Shown one piece after another: positions 10,057-18,718 of a stretch of DNA of 64,000 bases (position 1 is the first letter of the stretch; each line of letters begins with the position of its first letter). Below the pieces are notes generated by a model that saw nothing but the letters and a program-made list of their open reading frames with translations, was not told the origin of the DNA and searched no databases. The stretch comes from Cyanobacteria bacterium REEB446 (lineage in GTDB: Bacteria; Cyanobacteriota; Vampirovibrionia; LMEP-6097), in contig JAGWWP010000003.1 in NCBI GenBank assembly GCA_018970325.1, forward strand, positions 15,737 through 79,736. The letters run 5' to 3'. The position numbers and the translations under genes were made by a program.

Positions 10057-11292
10057 GTGGTTCAAGTTTCTTTAAATAAAATATCTAAAAAATATGATGA
10101 AAATTACATCATTAAAGACATCAGCCTAGAGTCTCAAGATAAAGAGTTTATAGTTTTAGTAGGACCTAGTGGTAGTGGTAAAAGTACGATTATTAGAATA
10201 ATTGCAGGATTAGAAGGTGATTTTGAAGGTGAATTAAAATTCGCTGGGGAAACCGTAAATGACTTAGCTGCAAAAGATCGTAAGCTCAGCATGGTTTTTC
10301 AGAATTATGCACTTTATCCTCATAAAACAGTTTTTGAGAATATCGCCTTCCCTTTAGTAATTAAATCTGAGCCTAAAAATCTAATTAAAGAAAAAGTACA
10401 TAAAGTAGCAGAGAAGCTTGATTTAATGAAATATCTAGAACGCAAACCTGGGCAGCTTTCTGGCGGGCAAAAGCAGAGGGTCGCCGTGGCGAGAGCGCTA
10501 ATTAAAGAACCGCAGCTTTTTTTAATGGATGAACCCTTAAGTAATCTTGATGCGAAGTTAAGAACCTCTACCAGGCAGGAAATACGTAAGCTTTATCAGG
10601 AATTAAACAGTACTTTTATCTATGTAACTCATGATCAAATCGAGGCTATGAGCCTTGGCGATAGAATCGCCATACTACATGAAGGTAAGATACAGCAGTT
10701 TGATACTCCATCCAAGATATATCATGAACCCGCAAACACTTTTGTTGCGAGCTTTATCGGCTCCCCCCCGACTAATTTACTCGAACCAAATTTAACTCTA
10801 TTTCAAGCTTTAAAAGAGGAACTGATCCCTAAACTCAATCGCGAAGATTTAATCATCGGTATTCGCCCAGAGTATTTATATTTAGCAGCAGAAATTGGAG
10901 ATTGCGAGCAGTCCCTTGAAGGGCGTGTAGCCGAACAAACAAGTTCAAGGCTGAGGAGGACGAATGACCGGAGTGTACTAGGTGTACACGAGGATCATGA
11001 GGACAACGAAAACGCAGAAAATGGAGTTCCGCTACACGCCCTTGAGGCAGAATTAGTTAATGTTGAGAACTTAGGTGAGGAGATTCTAGTTTACGCACGG
11101 CTAAATGAAAATTCAGGCAAGCTAAATGGTAGTGAATACTTGATAGCTAAAATTAATAATGCAGAGTATATCGAATTACTTCAAGAAAAATTCAGCTCCT
11201 TAAGTCCTGAAAGTCCAGTCAAATTACAGCTATTCTTTGATCCTAAAACGATTTACCTTTTTGATAAGCGATCTAGCATGCGAATCAGTTAG
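10057..11292 (+). CDS. ABC transporter ATP-binding protein (MalK/UgpC-like) with a roughly 50-aa repeat-derived insert
   Basis: GTG start. Walker A GPSGSGKST, signature LSGGQKQRV, Walker B LFLMDEPLSNLD. The insert sits in the C-terminal regulatory domain. Confidence 0.88.
   Translation: MVQVSLNKISKKYDENYIIKDISLESQDKEFIVLVGPSGSGKSTIIRIIAGLEGDFEGELKFAGETVNDLAAKDRKLSMVFQNYALYPHKTVFENIAFPLVIKSEPKNLIKEKVHKVAEKLDLMKYLERKPGQLSGGQKQRVAVARALIKEPQLFLMDEPLSNLDAKLRTSTRQEIRKLYQELNSTFIYVTHDQIEAMSLGDRIAILHEGKIQQFDTPSKIYHEPANTFVASFIGSPPTNLLEPNLTLFQALKEELIPKLNREDLIIGIRPEYLYLAAEIGDCEQSLEGRVAEQTSSRLRRTNDRSVLGVHEDHEDNENAENGVPLHALEAELVNVENLGEEILVYARLNENSGKLNGSEYLIAKINNAEYIELLQEKFSSLSPESPVKLQLFFDPKTIYLFDKRSSMRIS
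10888..10915 (+). repeat. R4a: solo half-element (core plus GGGACTGCTCGC-type terminus) in the ABC ATPase gene
   Basis: gcagaaattggagattgcgagcagtccc is identical in type to the right end of the purH copy. Confidence 0.8.
10921..11041 (+). mobile_element. R4b: full-length 121-bp palindromic element in the ABC ATPase gene
   Basis: 16-nt TIRs GGGCGTGTAGCCGAAC / GTTCCGCTACACGCCC (15 of 16). Flanked by TTGAA and TTGAG. Core has 1 mismatch. Confidence 0.92.
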
Positions 11293-11304
11293 AATATAAA
11301 GATT

Positions 11305-12114
11305 ATGGCGATCGGCTCTGAAACATCAGGAAAAAAAATAGACCTTAACTTAAACCTAGCTGAACACTATGGCTTAGGTAGAGAAGCTCTAGAAAGAGAT
11401 TTATTACCTTTCGCAAGCTCTGTAAGTATAGCTACTGGCGCACATACTGGGGATATCTTCCAAGCTAATCTTGCTTTAGAAGCTTGCCAAGCCTATCCTA
11501 ATACGAGCATAGGAGCTTTAATCTCTTATCCTGACGTTATTGGTTTCGGCATTAGAAAAGTTCAGCTAACTAGAGAGGAGCTTAGAGCCACTATTTTGGC
11601 TCAATTAGGAGCTTTAGCAGCTTTAGCTAAACAGTTTAACTATGAATTAAATCATGTCAGGATTCATGGATACCTTTATCACCAAATGCTTACGAATTAC
11701 TCTGTGGCAGAGACTGTCACTAAGACTATCCAAGACTTTAGTCAGTGGTTAATTATCGTCGCACCTTATAGTAAAGTCCTTAAAGAAGTTATATCGTGGG
11801 TTAATCTCAGAGTGAGTTATGAAGCTAGGGTAGATTTAAGATACGACAGTGAAGCACATCCCCTCGCTTATGAATATGATAAAGATGGGAATTTAGATAT
11901 AAATGTAATCGCAGATAGAGCAAGAAAGCTTATCTATGATTCTAAAGTGGTTTCAGAAGAAGGCGTAGAGAATAAAATCCAGTTTGAAACTATACATTTG
12001 CCAAGTTCCCCTAAAAATGCTCTAGAGATAGCTAAATTACTTAAGGGCATGGTGCCTGTATTAAGCTCTTTAAAAGAGTTTGATTATAGTGTTTATCTAC
12101 CAGAGTTTCTGTAA
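11305..12114 (+). CDS. LamB/YcsF (PxpA, 5-oxoprolinase subunit A) family protein, divergent
   Basis: Collinear with the PxpA pattern (IDLN..L.E, SS.SIA.G.H.GD, HV..HG.LY.Q). Several conserved D/H positions are substituted. Confidence 0.6.
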   Translation: MAIGSETSGKKIDLNLNLAEHYGLGREALERDLLPFASSVSIATGAHTGDIFQANLALEACQAYPNTSIGALISYPDVIGFGIRKVQLTREELRATILAQLGALAALAKQFNYELNHVRIHGYLYHQMLTNYSVAETVTKTIQDFSQWLIIVAPYSKVLKEVISWVNLRVSYEARVDLRYDSEAHPLAYEYDKDGNLDINVIADRARKLIYDSKVVSEEGVENKIQFETIHLPSSPKNALEIAKLLKGMVPVLSSLKEFDYSVYLPEFL

Positions 12115-12134
12115 GCGGTTATTCGTACTTTCCA

Positions 12135-12169
12135 AGCACCGCTGCATAACTCCATTCCCTGCATTTTTC
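12135..12169 (-). repeat. R17: possible decayed copy in the pxpA-like/crtB convergent spacer
   Basis: agcaccgctgcataactccattccctgcatttttc is about 70% identical to the terminus-plus-core consensus. Confidence 0.4.
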
Positions 12170-12178
12170 TCAGAATGC

Positions 12179-13009
12179 TTACTTATTCAGGAAAGATCCG
12201 AGCAAGACTAAGCTCTTTCCTACACTAGAAATTCTAATCCTTTTTTCGACTAGATGAAGAGCTGGCGTCTTTTTAATTTTATTAAACAATTTTAAATACA
12301 AAGAATAAGCAGCATAAACACCTAAACGCACACCTTGAGGGAGTTTTCTAATTCCGACAAGAGCGGCATCAAAATCCTTCTGAATGTCTGCTTCTAATTC
12401 TTTTTTCACTTCAGTACTAAAATTTTCTAAATCCAAATCGGGGAAATAAGTTCTACCCATGCCTTCATAATCAGCTTTTAAATCTCTTAAAAAATTTACT
12501 TTTTGAAAAGCTGATCCTAAGCTCATCGCAGGGCTTTTAAGCTCCTGATAGAGCTTGTCATCACCTTCACAGAATACTCTTAAACACATCAGCCCAACTA
12601 CTTCAGCTGAACCAAGTATATATTTTTTAAAGCTATTTGGGTCATATTCCTTTTTCTCTAAATCCATCGCCATGCTATCGAGAAAGCACTCTATGAGCTC
12701 ATTTTCTATAAAATACTTATTTACAGCCCATTGAAAACTGTTAAGGATTGGGTTTAAACTAACTTGACCCTGAATCGCTTTATATGTATCTGCTTTAAAC
12801 TCACTCAGTAAAGCAGCCTTATCATGCTCATGAAAAGTATCGACTATCTCATCAGCGAAACGCACGAAGCCATAAATGGCATAGATCGCAGCATGATATT
12901 TTCTGTCTAAAAGATAGATGCCAAGCGAAAAAGAACTGCTATAAGCATTAGTCGTAAGTTTACTGCATTTAAGACAGGTCTCATTATACAGAGCTAAATT
13001 AGTAGACAT
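12179..13009 (-). CDS. crtB: phytoene (or dehydrosqualene) synthase
   Basis: Squalene/phytoene synthase family: YSSSFSLGI, FVRFADEIVD, FLRDLKAD. Adjacent to crtI. Confidence 0.85.
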   Translation of the reverse strand: MSTNLALYNETCLKCSKLTTNAYSSSFSLGIYLLDRKYHAAIYAIYGFVRFADEIVDTFHEHDKAALLSEFKADTYKAIQGQVSLNPILNSFQWAVNKYFIENELIECFLDSMAMDLEKKEYDPNSFKKYILGSAEVVGLMCLRVFCEGDDKLYQELKSPAMSLGSAFQKVNFLRDLKADYEGMGRTYFPDLDLENFSTEVKKELEADIQKDFDAALVGIRKLPQGVRLGVYAAYSLYLKLFNKIKKTPALHLVEKRIRISSVGKSLVLLGSFLNK

Positions 13010-13061
13010 TACTTACTCCAAACTAACATCATAACTCAGTTACAAACAGCTTAGGCAAATT

Positions 13062-14540
13062 TTACTTAGAATATCTATGAGCTATTTCCTTTGCAACTAT
13101 TTCACCAGAAATTATAGAAGGAGGAATCCCTGGACCAGGTACAGTAAGCTGCCCAGCGTAATAAAGATTATGCACTCGCTTACTTTTCACTCTAGGCTTT
13201 AAAACTGCTGTCTGCTTAAGAGTATTAGCGAGACCATAAGCATTACCTTTAAAGGCATTATAGTCCTGAATAAAATCAGAGTGCGCATAAGTCTTTTTAT
13301 AAACTATATGATCTCTGATATTCTGCTTACAGAGTCTCTCTAGCCTATCCATGATCAAATTAAAGTAAGATTCTCTGAGAGCCTCATTATCATTTAGCAG
13401 TCCAGACGCTACTGGCATAAGTATAAATAAATTTTCATGACCTTCAGGAGCCACGCTCGGATCTGTTCTTGACGTACAGGACACATAGAAAAGAGGTCTA
13501 GTCGGCCACTGCGGTTCTTTATAAATCTCACGAGAATGCTCATCTAATGACTCATCAAAGAAAAGATTATGATGCTCTAAAGCTGGAATCTTTACATTAG
13601 TACCTAAATAATAGATAAGCCCAGATGGTGCCATAACTCTAGAATTCCAATAATCTTGAGAATAAGACTGATATTCTTCTATTAATAAATCTTTTTCAAC
13701 ATGAGCATAATCAGCTCCAGCCAAAACCACATCAGCATTAACTTCTAATCCTTTCACGCTGACCGTGTCTGCTAAACCATCTATTACATTAATTTTTTTC
13801 ACGGGACTAGATGAATACATCTCTACGCCTAAGTTTTCGCAGACTTTTACGAAGCCTTTTATAATCTCATTCATTCCACCCATCGGATACCAAGTTCCTA
13901 AAGCCATATCAGCATGATTCATCATGCTGTAAAGAGCAGGAGTCTCTTTAGCAGTAGCTCCTAAGAAAAGAATTGGGAATTCGACTATGCTTCTTAGCAT
14001 AATATTTTTAAAGTGTTTTTCACTATAAGATCTAAACGAATTAAATAAATCACACTGAAGCAAGCCACCGATTATCTCTAAATCTATAAACTCAAAAACG
14101 CTTAGACTTGGTTTTGGAATCATTTTCCTTAGAGCTATTTCATAGCGATACTGAGCCTCTTCTAAAAATTCTCTAAGCTTATCTGCTGAACCAGTTTCAT
14201 AGCTTTCAAAGAGAGCATAAATATCATCAAGATTACTCGGTAAGGAGATTTGCTCATTTTCACTGAAGAAAACCTTATACGAAGGCTCCAATCTTTTTAA
14301 TTCATAAAAATCACTAGTCTTTTTTCCAAAATCCGCGAAAAAATTATCAAATACCTCTGGCATCCAATACCAGCTAGGTCCCATATCAAATTTAAAACCA
14401 TTTTCCTCTAAAATCCTTGCTCGACCACCGAACTGTTCATTTTTTTCAAATAGTTTTACATTAAAACCATATTTGGCGAGATAAGCAGCTGAGCTTAAGC
14501 CTGCGAATCCTGAACCAATAACTATTGCTGTTTTAGACAT
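13062..14540 (-). CDS. crtI: phytoene desaturase
   Basis: FAD motif AIVIGSGFAGLSSAAYLAK...EKNEQFGGRA. GPSWYWMP block. About 490 aa, a CrtI-like length. Confidence 0.88.
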   Translation of the reverse strand: MSKTAIVIGSGFAGLSSAAYLAKYGFNVKLFEKNEQFGGRARILEENGFKFDMGPSWYWMPEVFDNFFADFGKKTSDFYELKRLEPSYKVFFSENEQISLPSNLDDIYALFESYETGSADKLREFLEEAQYRYEIALRKMIPKPSLSVFEFIDLEIIGGLLQCDLFNSFRSYSEKHFKNIMLRSIVEFPILFLGATAKETPALYSMMNHADMALGTWYPMGGMNEIIKGFVKVCENLGVEMYSSSPVKKINVIDGLADTVSVKGLEVNADVVLAGADYAHVEKDLLIEEYQSYSQDYWNSRVMAPSGLIYYLGTNVKIPALEHHNLFFDESLDEHSREIYKEPQWPTRPLFYVSCTSRTDPSVAPEGHENLFILMPVASGLLNDNEALRESYFNLIMDRLERLCKQNIRDHIVYKKTYAHSDFIQDYNAFKGNAYGLANTLKQTAVLKPRVKSKRVHNLYYAGQLTVPGPGIPPSIISGEIVAKEIAHRYSK

Positions 14541-14568
14541 ATTAAAGATACAGTTATAATCATAACTA

Positions 14569-15012
14569 ATGAGAATTTTTATTTTTGTTTTTTTAAGCCT
14601 CTTCTTCTTTAGTTCACTATACTTTAATTATCCAGCTTATCAAGTTCAAGCTGAGCTTGATGATGAAGTAGATATAAATGACCTTAACTCAGATAAAAAA
14701 TATTATGAGTTAGTAAATAAAAGATTTAAACCAGATCAAGATGAGTTTTACTTAGACTCTATTTATTCTTTAGGTGATAATAACTGGGCAAGCATATCTC
14801 GTTCAAAAGAAATCAGAGCAAGTGATTTGCATAGAAATGGCTTGAGTTATACAGTGGGTAGCCCGCTTAATGATTATTTAGTAATCGAAGAAATTATACC
14901 CTCAAAAAAATCAGTTATTATCCGTGATATAAGGAATGAGAATTTTTTCCAACTGAGAATGAGTTATGGTTCTGCTAAGTCAAGATTAATTCCTTTCGTA
15001 AATAAGAATTAA
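14569..15012 (+). CDS. hypothetical secreted or membrane-anchored protein
   Basis: ORF with a hydrophobic N-terminus (IFIFVFLSLFFFSSL). No recognisable motif. Confidence 0.4.
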   Translation: MRIFIFVFLSLFFFSSLYFNYPAYQVQAELDDEVDINDLNSDKKYYELVNKRFKPDQDEFYLDSIYSLGDNNWASISRSKEIRASDLHRNGLSYTVGSPLNDYLVIEEIIPSKKSVIIRDIRNENFFQLRMSYGSAKSRLIPFVNKN

Positions 15013-16169
15013 TCCGTATCGTAAACAAGAACTGAAGTAATTCTATATTTACCTAGTTTTTTAGAATTAGTAAAAACTGCGAGGTAATAGGTTCCAGTCG
15101 CTACTCTCCTCTCTATATTAAAATCTAAAATAGCTAAATCTGCCTCTAATTCAAGACCCTGAGAATTATAAAGACGGCCTTGTATCGCAAGTGAGGACTT
15201 TACTCTTTTGTTAGAGGGTCTTGCCATTAAAAACAGTTCGCCAGGCTCATCTACCGTGATCTTTATAATATCTACATCACCAATATAATCAATACTGGAC
15301 TTTATAGATTTTTTATAAGTATTTTTCTGAGGATTCTTTATGTTATTAATTTCTTTTCCTGCGAAATTAATAATAGAATCAGAGTTTTCGTCAATAACAC
15401 CGCCGATATGTGCAATGGATAGGCTGTAATTTACAGAAATTTGCTCTTCGCCCTGAATTACTATAATGTACTTCCCAGCGGCTAAATCATTAAAATACTG
15501 TTTAGCAGCAGAAGCATCAGCTTCTTGAATTAAATTATAATTCTGGTCATAGAGAGTAAATTTAAGGGGATAACTAGAACCCTCAAGCAGAAATTTTATA
15601 TTACCTTCTTGTTTTAAATCAAAACTAAAATAATCTGCATCACCATAATAGTTAATGGTCTTGTTAGTTACCACACCAGGAGCAACCTGTGGGTTGAGCG
15701 TAATAACTGCACTTGGATTTATATTATTAGCGACATCGTCGCTAAGACTATCTAAAGCTCGCTGCGTAACTTTCAGTGTATAAAAACTATTTAGATCACT
15801 ACGGTTATCTAATACAATAAAATACGTCCCCGCGGTAACTTCGTAAACTATATGAGAATTAGCTCCTGCACCATTATCTTTATCAAAAGTCAACAAAGTT
15901 TCGTTCTGTGTATAGAGCCTTAAATAGGGATCTACGTCACCAGAAGTTTCTATATCAAGGTAAGAATTGCCAGGCACGACAACCCTGTAAACATCAATAT
16001 CATCAGCGACCTCGAATAGACCCTGAACTTGGAAACTAGCTTGGAGATTAAAATCAAAATCTACTTTACTCTTAGGAGCGATATAATCTGGCTGATCCAG
16101 AGTAGCAAAGGAAGCCCCACAGCTAAGAAGAAAAATAATCAAAAGTAGAGTAAAAGTTCTTACTCTCAT
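15009..16169 (-). CDS. secreted (possibly lipo-)protein with repeated pre-peptidase C-terminal (PPC)-like modules
   Basis: Recurrent D.D.Y/F...V modules: DDIDVYRVVV, GDADYFSFDL, GDVDIIKITV. I prefer the start at MRVRTFTLLLIIFLLSCG (signal peptide, lipobox-like LLSC). The longer ORF to 16214 begins inside repeat R5. Confidence 0.6.
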   Translation of the reverse strand: MRVRTFTLLLIIFLLSCGASFATLDQPDYIAPKSKVDFDFNLQASFQVQGLFEVADDIDVYRVVVPGNSYLDIETSGDVDPYLRLYTQNETLLTFDKDNGAGANSHIVYEVTAGTYFIVLDNRSDLNSFYTLKVTQRALDSLSDDVANNINPSAVITLNPQVAPGVVTNKTINYYGDADYFSFDLKQEGNIKFLLEGSSYPLKFTLYDQNYNLIQEADASAAKQYFNDLAAGKYIIVIQGEEQISVNYSLSIAHIGGVIDENSDSIINFAGKEINNIKNPQKNTYKKSIKSSIDYIGDVDIIKITVDEPGELFLMARPSNKRVKSSLAIQGRLYNSQGLELEADLAILDFNIERRVATGTYYLAVFTNSKKLGKYRITSVLVYDTD

Positions 16170-16214
16170 AGCACTGTTGCCGAACTCCAATTTCTGCGTG
16201 TTCGTCGTCCTCAT
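16170..16214 (-). repeat. R5: half-element abutting the start codon of the PPC-repeat gene
   Basis: agcactgttgccgaactccaatttctgcgtgttcgtcgtcctcat, core with 1 mismatch. Creates an upstream in-frame ATG. Confidence 0.88.
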
Positions 16215-16250
16215 TTAAATTAAGTCTAGTGTATCAAAATTATAATTTTG

Positions 16251-17924
16251 TTAAGGGCGCTTCTGCACAATCTCCACATAAGGTAACGGTAAATATAGTT
16301 TCTCCCCGCTACGATAAAAAGCTTTAATTCTAGAGTCACCCGATTTACCACCTATAATTTTATAAGACGGCAATGAGGGATCGCTTAAAAAAGTCTCCAA
16401 ATGAGGGTCTATCTTTAAAGCTTCTATATAATGTGCCCTAGCTTGCTGCGAATCTTGATTCTGATAAATTAAAGAACTAATTAAAAACCAGTAAGCATCA
16501 TTACCAGTGTGCTTCAAAGCAAAATCTACAGATTCCCTCGCCTCCCTTAGGTGCATATTACTTAATTGTGCCGCAGCCAATGCCCCTCGAATATAAGGCA
16601 CTGCTGGAGCTAATTCCACTGCTTTTAATAAATCTTTTTCGCTATTGACTAAATCTGACTCTATGGTTTTCACACCACGCATTAAAAAATATAGAGGATG
16701 CTTAGTATCTGTAGCTATCGCCCTATTTAAATCACCTTGATCATAATGATAATGCCCAACAGTACTTGGCACTAAAATCATTAGACTTAAGACTAAAAAG
16801 CTTATTTGAGCTGGTTTTCGTAGATAAAAAGGTAATTTTTTAAAAATACTTTCAAAAAATAGATCAAAAAATTTAGTCCTTTCTCCTTTAATAAAGAGGT
16901 TTTTCCGCGCTCCTTGAAGAGAATTCAGGTCGACTTTAGGTAAATAACAGAGTGGCATTATGATTAGCCCCATAAGCAGGAATTGATTAAATGACTGTAA
17001 ATTACTATCAGCAACACCAATCAAAGCTAAGCAAGGCAAAGCCTGTGGTGCTTTAACTGCAACTAGATAGAATAGTGCTACCACTAAAATTAAACCTACT
17101 AAACCAAGCTCAAAAGCATAATGTATAAAAAGATTATGACCATGATTTACTTGCTCATTACTGTGGGCACCTAAAACCTGTTCTAAATGACGATGAACAG
17201 GAAAATCTAAGACGAAAGTCCCAAAACCATGGCCGAATAGAGGCTTCTGTAAAAAACCCTCAAAAGCTCCTTGCCAGATTAATAAGCGTGGTTGAATAGA
17301 TTTTTCTATAAAGTGAATTAACTTTTCTTTGAATATAAAACTTAAGCCAATTAAAACAGAAGCTAAAATATAAATCAATCTAGAGCGCAAATACACCCTA
17401 AAACTTAATACCTGAGCTAAAAAAGTTATTTTTTTATTTAAGAAGAATAGCATCACAAGGAAACTTAAATAAATAAAAGTACCTAAACGCACGCCAAGAA
17501 ATTTTCTTTTTAGTTTAGGTATTAAGCTGTCATCATCTCTTAGATAGATAACCAGAAATACTGGCACCCACATAAGTAAGCTTCCAAGCTCTGAAAGCGA
17601 GAATTTAAAAAAATCACATATGCCTAAAGCAATAAAAACTACTAATAATATTCTGAAACGCTTTCTCGTATCTAAATCTAACCAAAATTTAGATGCACCA
17701 AAAATTAAACAAGCAGAAGAGATTAATAAATACTCTAAACTCAGTCTAGAATTAGCTGCAAAGAAGTAGGTAATTAAAAATAAAAACCAAATTAAATAGT
17801 ATTGAGAGATTTTAGCAACCTGAGTGAGCGTAAAAATACCGATCAAAGCATGGATAAACCAAATACTCATCCCAATTGGTGAGCTAATAACAAAAATCAA
17901 TAAAAAGATTCCTAAACTCAGCAT
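16251..17924 (-). CDS. O-antigen ligase (Wzy_C)-like polytopic membrane protein with a C-terminal TPR region
   Basis: About 10 hydrophobic segments. HNLFIHYAFELGLVG motif is typical of the WaaL/Wzy_C family. TPR-like C-terminal third. Confidence 0.6.
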   Translation of the reverse strand: MLSLGIFLLIFVISSPIGMSIWFIHALIGIFTLTQVAKISQYYLIWFLFLITYFFAANSRLSLEYLLISSACLIFGASKFWLDLDTRKRFRILLVVFIALGICDFFKFSLSELGSLLMWVPVFLVIYLRDDDSLIPKLKRKFLGVRLGTFIYLSFLVMLFFLNKKITFLAQVLSFRVYLRSRLIYILASVLIGLSFIFKEKLIHFIEKSIQPRLLIWQGAFEGFLQKPLFGHGFGTFVLDFPVHRHLEQVLGAHSNEQVNHGHNLFIHYAFELGLVGLILVVALFYLVAVKAPQALPCLALIGVADSNLQSFNQFLLMGLIIMPLCYLPKVDLNSLQGARKNLFIKGERTKFFDLFFESIFKKLPFYLRKPAQISFLVLSLMILVPSTVGHYHYDQGDLNRAIATDTKHPLYFLMRGVKTIESDLVNSEKDLLKAVELAPAVPYIRGALAAAQLSNMHLREARESVDFALKHTGNDAYWFLISSLIYQNQDSQQARAHYIEALKIDPHLETFLSDPSLPSYKIIGGKSGDSRIKAFYRSGEKLYLPLPYVEIVQKRP

Positions 17925-17927
17925 CTG

Positions 17928-18596
17928 CTAGTCAGCGGCAGTATCTTGCGTAAATTTAATGGTAAATCTTCCTCTCGCTAAATTACTTTTAGTACCTAAG
18001 CCATCTTCATTTAAAACTCTAACCAAATCACCTTTCAAAGTTACTATATTTGGCTTACTAAGAGTTCTTGTAGCCGCTACCTTAGCTGTTTTAAACTTAA
18101 GAGTCACATTTTCTATACTCTCTACACTCTTCTTTACTTTAACTCCCTGCACTTTTAAAGCCTCGACTACAGAATCAGAAAAAGCTCCCACTATTGAATC
18201 AACAGATTTAAGACCTACTACTATTCTTTTTTGTCCTTTTAAAAACTCAGTACTGAAAAGGTTTTGAACAGCGTCAGTAACTATTCCAGGTAATAGGAAA
18301 GAATATTTTTTCTCTTCATCCGTATCTTCTTCAAGAGTTATATCCTCCCCAGATTCTCCATCTACGCTAGCTTCTAAGCTAACTAATTTAGAAGGCTTAG
18401 GATTTTTATCGTTTCCTTTATAAAAAGCATCTACTCTTGGTGATATTTCTTTATTAAATGGCGTTAAAGTAAACCTTGCATCCGCCTCAAAAGCATTAAC
18501 TGGTGACAAGCTAACTAAAAACGATAAAATCAGTATTACTGAAAAATTTAAAATCCCTCTAAACATAAATGAGTCTCCCATAATTTTTTTACCCAT
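17928..18596 (-). CDS. hypothetical secreted protein
   Basis: N-terminal signal-like segment and an acidic linker. No recognisable domain. Confidence 0.4.
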   Translation of the reverse strand: MGKKIMGDSFMFRGILNFSVILILSFLVSLSPVNAFEADARFTLTPFNKEISPRVDAFYKGNDKNPKPSKLVSLEASVDGESGEDITLEEDTDEEKKYSFLLPGIVTDAVQNLFSTEFLKGQKRIVVGLKSVDSIVGAFSDSVVEALKVQGVKVKKSVESIENVTLKFKTAKVAATRTLSKPNIVTLKGDLVRVLNEDGLGTKSNLARGRFTIKFTQDTAAD

Positions 18597-18718
18597 CTAG
18601 ACGAGAAGATTTATTAAAAAAACTTTACATTTAAACACTACGGAAGTAGGGTTAAGTCTAGCAAAGCTTTTAAGCTATTTAATAAAAGTTTAGTTTATTA
18701 AAAGATCATTTTAAAGGA

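Noticed and set aside
10888-11041. Whether the shared peptide (HEDHEDDENAEIGV...) is a protein domain or mini-intein and not a DNA element
   Set aside because: It is too short and lacks intein splice motifs. Copies are conserved at synonymous positions and also occur in intergenic DNA in either orientation. They have inverted-repeat termini and flanking duplications.
15009-16214. The longest-ORF start (16214) for the PPC-repeat protein
   Set aside because: The first 15 codons lie entirely within repeat R5, and the same nucleotide sequence gives the spurious ORF at 5-277. The signal peptide begins at the next ATG (16169). I kept the longer form only as an alternative.
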